Assembly: GCF_009914755.1 (NCBI RefSeq) | Contig: NC_060926.1 | DNA from: the human T2T-CHM13v2.0 reference genome, Homo sapiens | Strand: one strand, 5' to 3' | DNA length: 64,000 nt | Shown: one piece after another, positions 31,418 through 45,403 of the stretch | How positions within the stretch are numbered: position 1 is the first letter of the stretch | How the letters are laid out: the number at the start of each line of letters is the position of its first letter | The notes under the pieces: generated by a model | The model's database searches: none | The model's input: only the letters and a program-made list of their open reading frames with translations | What the model was told of the DNA's origin: nothing | Position numbers and translations under genes: made by a program

Positions 31418-32709
31418 GTGGGACTTGTGCTCCACAGAACCCACTTTGAGAACCATAGATTGGTCTATGGAACTGCTCTAGTCTTCGTACTTCATTTTCA
31501 AGTACAAATCACTAGAATACTATAGATCTTCATAATTCTAGTTAATTTACTTCATGTTTTCAGCTAACAGGGAACTGTTAACTAATTTAAAGATGAGGCT
31601 CAGCACTTGAAATAGATTGTCTTAGTGGCCCACAGAGAATCAGCCAGGATTAGGACGTTAATTTCCTGATACCTGTCCTAGGGCCAGTTACCCACCAGGC
31701 CCGTCTGCACCCCACTCTAACATTGTTAGTTACATAAATAGGAACCAGTGTTTTAGACTGTTGGGGGAGGGGGGAAATCAGATGCCCCTTTGTACACTAA
31801 TTAACGCAGGCAGAACAAAAGGCCCAGCTTGGTTTTCAAGTTCAAGTTTGGCTCATATGTGGTCCTCAGTGAAGATTATGATCTTGAATAAATTAAAAAC
31901 AAATGTTAAAGAAGTCATAATGAGGTAAAAAAAGGAGTTCAGGATTCTGGCCTTTAAAGACTCAGGGTAAACAGACTTCTCTTTAAAGCTGATGTTCACC
32001 TCCCCTCCTCCACTTTACCAGTCCCTCTTTGGAACTTCTGTGTTCCGTCTTCGTGATAATTGTTCATTTTTACTTCAGTGAGCCAAGTGGGTAGGTATGT
32101 ACGTCTATGGTCTCATGTCGGTGAGCACAAGCCTCATTCACCAAGCTCTGCTGAACTAGGAAAATAGTACATTGAGAAGTCTGGTCAAATCCACTAAGTC
32201 AAAGGGATTTGCACATTTGGCAAAATGCCCTCTTCCTCAGGAATGACCACCGCAGCCTGCTGCCCCAGTCCAGCTTCAGCTTCCTTTTCCTCCAGGGTGC
32301 TCAAGGCGAGTGTTCAGGAAGGGAGCACACAGAATCCCCCTGTGTTCGTCTCCCCCAGGCCAAGTTCCCAGTACATTCTTGACCAGGGCAGACCAGATGT
32401 GGGGAGCTCTGGGGCCAGTGCGTTTATGCACTAAATGGGACTCTGTATGTATATGCCAAATTAAGTCTGCAGGCAGTCTTTACGAGCACAGTAACCGTTT
32501 TACAGATGTAAAGAAGCTCAAAAGTCCTGTGTATGTTTGTAGTCTCATTCCCTGTAAAGTTTCCATGAGCACATTTCAAGGCCTCTGTACACAGAAATTG
32601 AGTTCCTCTGCTCTCACCAGCTTACCTCTTCACTGTATCAAAGTTCGCATCTTATTATTCTGTGTGTGTATGTGTATACGCGCATGCATGCACATGTGTG
32701 CATGATGAA

Positions 32710-32960
32710 TAAGTTCTCAGCTTGGGGCAGCATTGCTGCCCAGGAGACATTTGGCAATGCCTGGAGATATTTTGGTTAGAAATATTTTGGTTAGAAATAT
32801 TTTGGTTAGACTTGGGTGGGGCTGGGGGCACATTCTACTAGCATCTAGAGGGTAAAGGTCAGGGATGTTGCTAACCATCTTACAATGCATAGGATGGTTC
32901 CTCACAACAAAGAATTATCTGGCCCCAAATGTCCATAGCCGAGGCTGAGAATCCCTGGTG
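32710..32960 (+). mobile_element. MER20 (hAT-Charlie)
   Basis: gacatttggcaatgcctggaga..agcatctagagggta..cacaacaaagaattatctggccccaaatgtc. Confidence 0.88.
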
Positions 32961-33039
32961 TACATATACACATATTATATATACACACAAATAAAAACAT
33001 ATTCAGTATATATTTATTTACTGGAAGAGGCCTTAGAGA

Positions 33040-33425
33040 CCCATTTGAATTTTAGTTATAGTTGAGGAAACTGAGGCTCAGAGAGGTGAACAGTGTTCCT
33101 AATGTCACAAAGCTCTTGAGAAGCATAGCAGGCCCAGAACTTGGGCTTCTGGCTTCTCTGAACAGTGCTTTTTGCAGTGATAATAGTTCTTTCCGAACTA
33201 CTGCTAGATTGAGAACCCTCATTCTTTGGGTGTTCTCTGTGTCCCAGAGGAATATTGCATGCATTACTTTGTTTAGTCCTCAGAATGACCCTGCAAGTAG
33301 GAACTGGTTATTCATCCTTTACTCAAGAGGAAATCAAGGCCCAGAGAGGTCAAGATCCTTGCCTGAGGCCATTCAGCAAGCCTGGGGCAGGGACTGGCTT
33401 GGAAACCAGATTCACCCAGCCCCTG
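33040..33425 (-). mobile_element. Two MIR fragments
   Basis: tgaggaaactgaggctcagagaggtgaa and gaggaaatcaaggcccagagaggtcaag cores. Confidence 0.7.
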
Positions 33426-36256
33426 CCATGTGGCACCACCTCCCCCAGGGCCATGCTGACAGCTTGTGTAAGCCTGAGGGACAAGGCAGTGAAGATGCTG
33501 AACTGGGGACCCATGGGGTTCCTTCCAATAGTTGCATTCTGAAACTCCAGTTTGGAAATGGTTAATAATGCCTGAACCTTGTCCCTAAGAGGCCCTGAGC
33601 TATTGAACCCATGGGGTTTTCGGGTCTGCAGCCATTGCTTAGGAGGCCTCTGGGTGAAGAGCAAGAATGATGGTGGCCAATCTACCTGCAAGGACCAGGG
33701 GAGCTGGGTAGGGGCAGGATGGAGGGGCCCTGACTGGCTCTCCTGCCTTCCCCTCCCCTCCTCTCCCTCCTTCCCTCCTTAAGGGAGGTCTCGGGGTTAA
33801 TGCGAGGTGAGGGGCAGTTAGTGGTAATTGTTCATCATTTGTGCAGATGGGGGCATGGCTTTTAGAGGTGCCTTCTGGGATGGAGAGAGCCTGGGAACTC
33901 AGAATGCTACATGGCGGACAGAGGAAAGCAGGCATTTCCAGGGAAGGAGGAAGGACTGGAGTTGCTCCTGGGAAGGTCAGCTTTACAGACTCCTGGCCAT
34001 AGTGGTGTAAGGTGCTAGCTGAGTGGGCAGAAGGCGGGGCAGGGGCTAGGAGAGCTGACAGCAAGTGTGGTGCATGGCCCTCAACGTCCACCCCAGTCTA
34101 GTCCAGGACTCCTGCTCTGGCTTCTGCAGCCAAACCCAAACGGACTGGTAAATGACTTCATTTAACTTCCCGTGCCCACCAGCATGGCACTTTAGAACAT
34201 AGGAGACCCAGTCCCCTCTGGGAGTCCTCTCTCTCCCCTCTCCTTTTGGGTCTGGTGTCCAGGAGACCATGCACATGACTCCGTGTGAAGCTGAAGCCAG
34301 TCCAGAACTCCGAGGCCCAAACCCCTGCAGGCTGTCTTAGTGCTTATTCAATGTATTTTGTCTTGGGGTGATATGAGCCTGTTTAAAAATAATGTCTGCC
34401 CAAACTCTTGCCTGAGAGAGGTTGGGGGCAGAAAGAAAGCTCACATTTGAGTCCTAAGAAAAGTCATTGTGTCTCTATTGCCAAAATCATGATAGCTCAG
34501 GTCAGGTTAGTTTCGGAGGTGTGATAAAGTTTTTATCTCTTTTGGAAAAAAACTCCCGGGATTTTCTATCGTGGACATATCTTTCATCTACATGTCCAGC
34601 TTTAAGAAAATGTGATTATGCCTCTCTGTAAGTGGATAATTGAGCAGAACAGCATGCTAATTTCTCTCTGTCAGGCCTTGGTTGAAGGCCGGCCCTTTGG
34701 AGGTGGTCCAGGCCCTGTGGCCACAGCTCACCTACTGAAGGGCCTCCTGGTACTGCCACAAGCTGGGACCCAGCCACACTTTCTGTTTGTCCTCGGAAGG
34801 TTTGCTCCACCCTAAGGTAGATCTCTGTTACTGAAGAATGTGTCTTTAAATCTACCTGCATTTCCATGTCTGGTTACAAATTGTCTTAACCCCAGGCAAG
34901 TTGCTGTCTCAGAGTTGGCTGCGAGGATGTTGAAGCATAACCCGGCTTTGTGGTAGAGGAGGGCTTTGTAGCACCGTGGACAGTGCGGTTCAGCCTTCGA
35001 TCAATAAATAGAAGCAGGCTCCAGCTTCAGGAAAAGGGGAGTCTTGGACCGAGAGAGATTGGCGTTTGAGACAGGAAACACTTCCTGGTGTTCCTGCAGT
35101 GTCTGCGGCTTCTTCCCAGCCTTTTAGGCCTTTCCTAGGGTTTACAGACCACCCCTCGAGCCTGTGTTCTCCTCCTGATGGTGCCCAGGCGCCCGGGGCT
35201 CCCTGGGCAGACCATTCACTTCGGGAACCTGGTCTCCTGCTCAGCCTGCAGCTTCTGTAGGTTTAGCTGTCTGTTGGTTGCTCTGGGCTACTCAGGGACC
35301 AGTTGTGCAGGCACTGTCCTCTTTTGGCCTTTCTTCCGGCCTTACCAAGTTGTGGTGGTTGTCTGCATGCCCAGTGAAACCTTCTGCAGAAAGGACCAGG
35401 AAGGGCACACATTGGCTGCCTGCACTTGGGAAGATCTGAGGGAATGTGAAAGGAAACAGGTTGGCAGTTCCTGGTGCCTTCCAGACCAGTGCCTGCCCTC
35501 TCCTTTGCTTGTGGTACTGGCCCTTTGACCTACTGGAGATGGGAGAAGCCCCAGAGAAATTCAAGATCGCCTTCAGGCTTCCTTGACCCAAGGCCTGTGG
35601 GAAGGCTTGCGCCCTGGGATGCTTAGGGTGAAGTGTAACATCTGGCCTTCTCCAAGTCCCTCTCACAGCAGGCCTGGCCTGACATCCTGCCGGCCTTGCT
35701 GGTTTCCTTCTGCCCTTCACAAAGTCCCTCCTTGCTGGCTTTCTCGTGTGCCAGGGGGACCCAGCTTCCTCCACAAGCGTCTCTGTTGCTTCCCCCTTTG
35801 TTTGGCCCCCTCCTGTCCCCAGGCTCCCTGACCGATGCCCACTGGCTCTGTAGGTTTCACAGGCACCTGGGACACTGTCACATGGTGGGGGAGTTCACGC
35901 CATGTCCCATCTCCAGCCAGTGCTTTTCTCACTCTACCTAAAGGCTTTTTTCCTTTCAAAAATTTTAAATTAGCATACAGAAAGATTGAGTCTTTGGGTA
36001 TACAGTTTACGAGTTTTAACACATGTACAGATTCATGTAACCACTGCTATAGTTCCAAATTCCTAAAATCTCCTGTGCCACCCCTTTGTAGTCATGCCTC
36101 CTTCCCCCTGGCAGCCACTGCTCTGTTCTCCAACACTCCAACAGAGATTTGTTGGCCGCATTGTGTGCATCTTCTGAGAAATGTCCTTGGTACCTTCTGA
36201 TGTAGGATAAAGACATGCAAATCACCTCCACTCTCCTGTAGCCTCCCATCTTCCTT

Positions 36257-36424
36257 GGGATCACAGGCATGTGTCACCACGCCCAGCAAATTTTCGTATT
36301 TTTAGTAGAGATGGGGTTTCACCATGTTGGCCAGGCTGGTCTCGAACTCCTGACCTCAGGTGATCAGCCCACCTCAGCCTCCCAAAGTGCCGGGATTGCA
36401 GGTGTGAGCTACTGCGCTCGGCCT
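36257..36424 (-). mobile_element. Alu fragment lacking 3' half and tail
   Basis: Left arm, linker and start of right arm only. Confidence 0.88.
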
Positions 36425-36468
36425 TATTTTTTGAAGTCTTGGTACACCTTTTTTTAAAAAAAGAAGCA

Positions 36469-36768
36469 GGCTGGGTGCAGTGGCTCACACCTGTAATCCT
36501 AGCACTTTCGGAGGCCGAGGTGGGAGGCTCCTTGCTTGAGCCCAGGAGTTCCAGACCAGTCTGAGCAACAGGGCGAAACCCCATCTCTACAAAAAATACA
36601 AAAATTAGCCAGGTGTGGTAGCAAGCCCCTGTCCCAACTACTCAGGAGGCCGAGGTGGGAGGATCACTTTAGCTTGGGAAGCAGAGGTTGCAGTGAGCCT
36701 AGATGCGCCACTGCACTCCAGCCTGGGGGACAGAGCAGGACTCTGTCTCAAAAAGAAAAGAAAAAAGA
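36469..36768 (+). mobile_element. AluJ
   Basis: TSD aaaaaagaagc. Confidence 0.9.
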
Positions 36769-37764
36769 AGCCGCTTAGTTTTGTTCCAGAAGATCATTTG
36801 CAATCATCAATGAGAACCCGCACATCATTCCTGTTTAATTGGTGTAAAACAGGGGTGGCTGTCGGGGTCTGTCCGTGTGGAGGAATGAGGACCACAGTCC
36901 ACTGGCCCACAGGTACATGCATGCCCTTAGTGGGCCGACTTCTGGGAATACACCAGCATCCGTAGAGCTAAGGATTTACCGTATGCCTTGTCCTCAGAAA
37001 AATCGCTTCCCCTGCCCATGTCGCCCTGATTACTGTAACAGCTTCAACGCATGAACCAGATTGTTCTCATTTAATGAAGTGTTGACTCTGGAGTCTCCAG
37101 GATAACTTGCAGTTGCCCAATTTCCTGGTGAATTTTCAGGTTCTCTAGTGGTTTGGAGACATGAATGAACTCAGGAATTTTTTAAGGTAAATAAAGTCTA
37201 TGAAGTGTGATTTACTTTCTTGGTTTTTGGCGCCTGAACTTGAAGTGATGGGCCCTAGCTAGAGGGGCATGGAAGTCAGTCTGAAGGCTGCAGTTATCTT
37301 TGCAGCAGGGAGAAGCTGGGCTCTGAGCTGTGAGCAAGGGAGGTGCTTCGGGGCCGGTGGAGCTGCTTCACTGAGCTGGGAGCTCTCCTGCCCTCCCCGG
37401 GCTTGCTTCCCCTGCCTCCTGGGATGGGGATGGCTGGCCTCAGAGGAAGGGAAAGATTGCTGTTGGCAGAGGATGAACTCACCCCTGCGGTGTTGGTCTT
37501 TGGTCTGGGGAGCCAGGTTAACACGTGAAGCTCAAGGAGCACAGAAGTCCCTGTTTCTATCTTTGTGCAGTTTTGGTCCAGGGTAAAAGGATGAGAGTGC
37601 CTTTCCACACTGTGGCCTGCGGGTTTGTGGTGATTAACTTGTGGTGGGGCCTGCACTCTAGGGTCATCCACTTGGTCAGGTTGGTGCCAGGATGCTGGCC
37701 TGAGAGCAGGAGCCAGGGCTGGAAGCAGGGCTGGGCGTGGCTGGGTCTTTCGAGGCAGAGCTCA

Positions 37765-38240
<476 letters not shown>

Positions 38241-38982
38241 TCACTTTTAAAAGTTGGTACACAGGTAGGGTGGCCACAGTGGGATCCCAGGCTGCTCTGT
38301 GGATCCAGGTAGAAGGCAGCCCCTGCTGGAAGGTCAGGCACTACTTTACCCAAGCCAGGCCACCCCTTATTAAACACCAGCTTCACTCGAGCAGTGGTTC
38401 CCAAATTTTCTTGGTCTGTGAAGACGTATTTTCTCTATTTTTAGCCAAACAGAATGATTTTAGTCCATCATGGGTCAAACCTTCTGATATTCTTTAGTCC
38501 CCATGGAAGACATTCTTGTTTCTCCTTTAAGACCATCTCTGGGGTCACCTTCGGTTGCCTTGGGGGTGTTTGAGCCTCTGCCGCAGGGACACTGATAAGG
38601 ACATGAGTTGTGGTACGCCCCGTTTTGTGTAGCAGCTGTCAGTTTGTTTCTGGAATGAGACTGAGCTTCTAGAAGTCTGGGCATTTGGTTCTGGTTCACC
38701 TTTGAGCTGCTGGCACGGAGGAGCTTTGTAACACAAGCTTACTGAATTGATGTTTTAGTGAAAGGGAGAAAAGTCCTTTTCAGCTCCCTTTTTCCCACCA
38801 TTCCCCGCTGTTCATCCGAATTACTCATCCACACATAGCCAGTAAAGGGCGCCGTAGACTGAACCTGTAGGAAACCAGACTCCAGGCAGCCCCAGAGCAC
38901 ACTCCCCAGAACCACTAAAATAAACACAAAATGCACTCTCGCCGGATTCTGAGAAGGAAAGGCCCTCCAAGGTCGTAGGGTC

Positions 38983-39165
38983 CAGTGGCTCTCAACCCTG
39001 GCTGCACATTTGAATCATCTGGGGAGCTTTTTAGAAATGGTCATGCCCAGCCTCCACCCACAAAGATTTTGATTCAACTGGTCTGGGGTGGGGCTCAGGC
39101 TTTGCTGGAATTTTCTAAAAGCTCCCCAGGGGCTTCTAATATGCAGCCAAGTTTGCAAACCACTG
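38983..39165 (+). mobile_element. MER5A-type hAT MITE
   Basis: cagtggctctcaaccctggctgcacatt...gcagccaagtttgcaaaccactg inverted termini. Confidence 0.85.
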
Positions 39166-39493
39166 CTCTAGTTGAAAGCTCCTCACTGAATATCTGAATG
39201 AAAGGATTAAACAGATCCCTGCCTAGTGAGGTATTGGCCCCCCTCCCCCATAAGACCATGGGCTGGTGGTAGAGTTGCCAGCAGTTCTTTCCTGGATTCC
39301 CTATGCCCCTCCATCACCCAGTCACATCATCCAACAGACCTACCTCGGACCATCCCTCCTGCCCGACCAGAAGCAGACTCCGAACAGAATCTAATTTCAG
39401 ATCGATCAGTGGGCAAACATAAAGGATGTGATAAGCTCCAAAGTAAGATTTCCTTGTTTCAGGCCATACGTTTGATTTTGAATGTTGTATTTT

Positions 39494-39961
39494 TGTATTA
39501 ATTTGTTAGGGCTGCCATAACAAAGTACCGCATGCTAGGAGGCTTAAACAACAGAAAGAGTCATTGTCTCACAGCTCTGGAGGCTGGAAGTCTGAGATCA
39601 AGGTGTCGGCAGGGTTGGTTCCCTCTGAGGCTGTGCGGGAGGGATCTGCTCCAGGCCTCTCTCCTTGGCTTGTAGGGGGCTGCCTTCTCCCTGTGTATTC
39701 AAACAGTCTTCCCTCTGTGGATGTCTGTCTCTGTTCCTGCTTTTTATAAGGATAGCAGTCCAATTGGATTAGGGCTTACTGTAATGACCTCATTTAACTT
39801 GATTATCTCCTTATGTGGAGACAGGGTCTCCACATAGTACACATACATAGTACACCCTGTCTCCACATAAGGTCACCGTCTGAGATGTACTGGGGGTTAG
39901 GACTCCAACATAACTTTTTTTGTTGGGGGTGTATGAGGGGGATTCAATTCAACCCATAACA
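39494..39961 (-). mobile_element. MLT1 (MLT1B/C-like) LTR
   Basis: gggctgccataacaaagtacc..ggcttaaacaacagaaa..aattcaacccataaca. Confidence 0.85.
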
Positions 39962-40494
39962 AATATCTTCCAAGCCGGCCACTTTGACTGCAGCCTTTAA
40001 CGGGTAGCTGCATATTTTTTTTTCTTTACACCCACTCTCACCCTCAAATTGCTCAAAACACCGGAGCCCAGGGCTGGTTGCCTGTCAGCGTTCAGCACGA
40101 ACCTGCCCACTGACTGGCGTCTGCTCCCTGGCTTCTGGGTACACTCAGAGGATGATTGTTTGCATTCAGGCTCCTCCAGAGATGAATATAATTCCCCTAA
40201 TTTCCTCACAGTGGCAGCAGTGGCTGAAGGGAGAGGTGAACTGTGAGAGATGGGCCCCTCTTGCCTAAGATGAAGGCTGGGGTCAGGGGCAGTGTTAAAC
40301 ATCAGCTGGAGAGGATTGTGAAAACTCTTTGGACAAGAGGGGTTTGTTTTAAAGCGAGGCTACTTTGGAATGGACATCTCATTAGTGAACAGGTTGGGGA
40401 GTGGCAGGGTTATGGAGAGGAGGAGGCGTTCCATTCCCGTAGCTATTCTGTATCAACCGCTGGGGTCAGAGGCTCTCAGCTGGAGTCCACCCAC

Positions 40495-41025
40495 AGACAG
40501 AATTCAGGGAAGCTCCAAAAACCTGAATGGAAAGAAATTACATTTTATTTTCACTAACTGAAAATTGGCATTTTCTTCAATTATGAATGTAGACTATAAA
40601 CCACAGGGACATTAACAGTTCTCATGACTGTCACCAGTAGCAATTGCAAAATGCATTTTTAAAAAATGTTTGTGGGTACATAGTACACCGATGTATTTAT
40701 AGGTACATGAAAGCAAAGTTAATTTTTTACAGTGTGGTAGAGTCATTGTAAATGTCTTGATATACTGTTATCCTTAGCAATTCTTAATACTTCAGAATTA
40801 AGGTTGTTATGAGATTCGCTGCTAGGTCTTATTTAATATGTTAATTAAATATTACCATGGTGGAAAATTTAAAATATTTTGATAACTGCATTTTACTGTA
40901 ATTGGTTTCCTTTGCAATGCTGTGTATTTAATTTGTGCATTTAGCATCATTCTGTGGAGGCCTCTGTGGGCTTCCCTAGCCTACCAAGGAGGGGTCTGTG
41001 GCATTGAAGAGGATAGGGATCCTTG
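40495..41025 (+). mobile_element. MER113-like hAT-Charlie element
   Basis: aaattacattttattttcactaact..ttcaattatgaatgtag..taattggtttcctttg. Confidence 0.6.
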
Positions 41026-41639
41026 GTTTGCATTTATAGTAACTGTTTCCTGTTCCCAGTCAGTGAATAAATCCTGTAAGTGGAGATAACTCTAGATTAC
41101 AGTCTTGACCATCGCTTGATTTATTAATAGTTAAATTTACAGCTCCTCTTTTTGGCTCCTTGAGGCTGCCGTGTGTGTGCACACATGTGCGCCTGTGTAG
41201 ACTACGGCTTGCCTTCTTTTCAAAGACATCAGAGATTAGGTGATTAGGTAGAAGCTTTTGAACAAGCCCAGCCTTAAATCTGCCCTCCAGTCCTGTTAGA
41301 TCCTTCTTGGGAAGCTGGTCCCTGTCCCTGGCCAGTCAGTCTCAAGTGAGTGGGGCTGAGAGGAGCTGCAGGCAAAATAAATACCCACTCCTTCCAGAGT
41401 TACTTGCCTTGAGACGTGACCTTCTGGGTCACTCTGGAAATGTGCAAAGTTCCAGTGCCCGAGTGGCGTGTGTTGGAGACGCTGAGGCTGGTTGGATGAC
41501 AACACTAAAGCTGGGGTTGGAAGACCTGTTTGGGGCGGCCTGGAAAAACATGTATGGTGCCAGATCATGGGCCCTGGTTGATGTGAAAATAATCTGCTGT
41601 AGATCATTAGGTTTATGGAACTTGGTTTGTTTTTTGTTT

Positions 41640-41930
41640 TAATTCTTATTTTTAAATAATGATAGACTTAGGTTGCAAAAATAGGACATAAGATTCGGGA
41701 GAACTTCCTCCAGCTTCCCCAGTGGTGTCATCTTATGTAGCTGAAGTTCAATATCAAAACTAGAACATCAACACTGACACATTACTGTTAACTAGACTAC
41801 AGACCTTCAGCCCTCACCATTCTTCATGTTTTGTGTGTGTGTGTAGTTTGTGTGGACAGGTCTATGCAGTTTTATCCCATGTATAAATTTGTGTAACTAA
41901 CACCACAATCAGATACAGAGCTGTTTTATG
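41640..41930 (-). mobile_element. L1M 3' end fragment
   Basis: ggttgcaaaaatagg..ccagcttcccc..tactgttaactagactacagacc..accacaatcagatacag. Confidence 0.65.
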
Positions 41931-42702
41931 GAACTTATTTTAAAACTTGATCGGGAGGCAAATGGCAATGAGTTTGCATCAGTTCTGTTAAATTGTCCTT
42001 TAGCCTCAGGTCACAGTGGTGGTTGTAACATCTGCCTCCTGAGTCACCTGTCTGGTCAGCCTTGGGGCTGGAGGTAGAGATTTGACTGTAGGGCTGAGCC
42101 CCAGAGTATTTGGAGTCCAGTGCTAGGTGGGCTATTATTTACAGGGCTCAGCCTGGATCTGGAGCACTGCAGCAGGAGTCTTGGGTGCCAGTGGCCTCTT
42201 GCTTCACAGGCACAAGCACTCTGGGGCTAGACCTTGGGAGCAGAGTATGTTTCTCTGGGCTGGAGAGCAGGAATAATGTGAGTGAGGGGCAGGGCACAAG
42301 GGCACCAGCTGAGTCCTCAGGGGTTCAGAGAAGAGCTCCAGGCCTCATAGGCAATGAGGGGACAGGTCAGGAATAAATAGAGATGCCCTGACTAGACCTG
42401 GGTGGCGTGGTAAGGGTTGTAGGGTAAGGTCTTAGCCTGGTGGGCATGGGGGTACCCAGGAGCCCTGCCCTATCCTTCCCATGCACACTGGAACTGACTG
42501 TGCTGAGTACAGTCAGATCGGACATCACTGCTGGGCATGGCTTCCTACAGCCTATAATGTGAGATCCGATTACCACAGTAGATGGGAAGGCATTTGATAC
42601 AAATCCCAGAGCACACTCAAAAACTAAGGTGGTGGTTTTGTCCCAAAGCTGGTCATGGGTTGATTGTCTCTTTAGCACCTCTCAGTTGACCAGGACATCT
42701 GA

Positions 42703-43053
<351 letters not shown>

Positions 43054-43479
43054 TAGTCAGAGATAACGCCTACTCTACACCTGCAAGTATCATTCTCCCA
43101 CCCTACCTTTTCTCCTGGCTGATTCCAGCAATGTGGGACTGGCTGGGGGGTAAGGGGCTAGCACATGGTACAAGACCAGCTCCCAAGAGCAAGTGTTGAG
43201 TGCAACCACTATGGAAAACAGTATAGAGGTTCTTCAAAAAACAAAAAATTAATTAAAAATTAAAGAATTATATGATTCAGCAATCTCATTACTGGGTATA
43301 TATCCAAAAAAATTGTGAAATCACTGTCAAAGAGACGATCTGTACCCCCACATTCACTGCAGCACTATTCACAATAGCCAAGTTACGGAAACAACCTGAG
43401 TATCCGTCGACAGATGGATGGCTAAAGGAAATGTGGGCTCTGCACGCAATGGAATATCATTCAGCTTTTTAAAAGAAGG

Positions 43480-43828
<349 letters not shown>

Positions 43829-44088
43829 TCATGCTAAGTGAAATAAGCTAGTCACAGGACAAATATTGTATGATTCTGCTTGTATGTGGGATCGAAAATA
43901 GTCAAACTTAAAGAACGCTGGTTGCCAGGGAATGGGGGAAGAGGGAAATGTGTTGTTCGGTGGGTGTAAAGTTACAGATATGAGATGAGTAAGCTCTGCA
44001 GCTCCGCTGTACAACATAGTGCCCATGGTTTAGAGTTGGGCACTTACAACTTTATTAAGAGGGTCAATCTCATGTTAAGTGTTCTTAC

Positions 44089-44091
<3 letters not shown>

Positions 44092-44134
<43 letters not shown>
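44092..44134. repeat. (CA)~21 microsatellite
   Basis: Perfect CA run. Confidence 0.96.
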
Positions 44135-44136
<2 letters not shown>

Positions 44137-44530
44137 GGGACACATGGAAGCTTTTGGAGGTGATGATGTGTTTATTACCCTGACCATGGTGATGGTATTA
44201 TGGATGTATGCACGTGTTCAAACTCATGAAATTATCTATATTAAATATGTGCAGTTTTTTGGTATATCAATCATACCTCAACAAAATTGTAAAAAACAAA
44301 AAAAGAGTAAGTGTGGGAACAGTGAAGATGGAGAAGGAGGGGTAGGGGTGGTTTAACCAGGCAGGCCCTACACTGTCCCTGAGGGGGACACCTCAGGTGG
44401 TGTGGGGGTGTCGGGGAGTCATGGAGCTGGGTGCTGCCGAGTCTGAGCACCATCCACCCACCGCCTGGTAGAGCTGCGTGGACTGAACCTGGGACAGGCT
44501 ATCAGAGGAGGGCCACAGGTCCATCTGTAA

Positions 44531-44832
<302 letters not shown>

Positions 44833-45262
44833 AAATATGATTTTTGAAACTAAACTTGTGGCAGGAGGACAGGGTTGCTGCAATCCCAGGACAGAATAAA
44901 TCTGAGAACCTCCTGCCTCTATTTCCTCCATTCAACTTCCCTTGCCCATTAGTGTCAGTTTCATCTTCCAAAAAACACCATCATTTCATAACTTCATTTC
45001 TAGGAAAGCCACAATTGCTCCTTTTCACTTCACACACCAAGTCTAAACTTCCCTGTGTAACTCTCAAGGCTTTCCCCATCTGACCTCACTCGGTCAGGTC
45101 AGCCTTCCTTCTCATCAGTCCTTCATTCAGCAGTCTCTGAACCTTCCCCACTGAACACACCTAGTGCGCTTCTACCTCCTTCCAGACTCTACCCACTAGC
45201 ATGCTGGCCTAACAACATTGGCTTTGATGACCTGAACTCCAGATTCGCCTGCTGTCCACAGT

Positions 45263-45403
45263 TTCTTTCTTTCTTTTTTTTTTTTTAATGAGATGGAGTT
45301 TCGCTCTGTTGCCCAGGCTGGAGTACAGTGGTGCAGTCATAGCTCACTGCAACCTCGAACTCCTGGGCTCAAGTGATCCTCCCACCTCAGCCTCCCAAAG
45401 TGC
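45263..45403 (-). mobile_element. Alu monomer fragment
   Basis: Poly-T plus a single arm. Confidence 0.8.
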
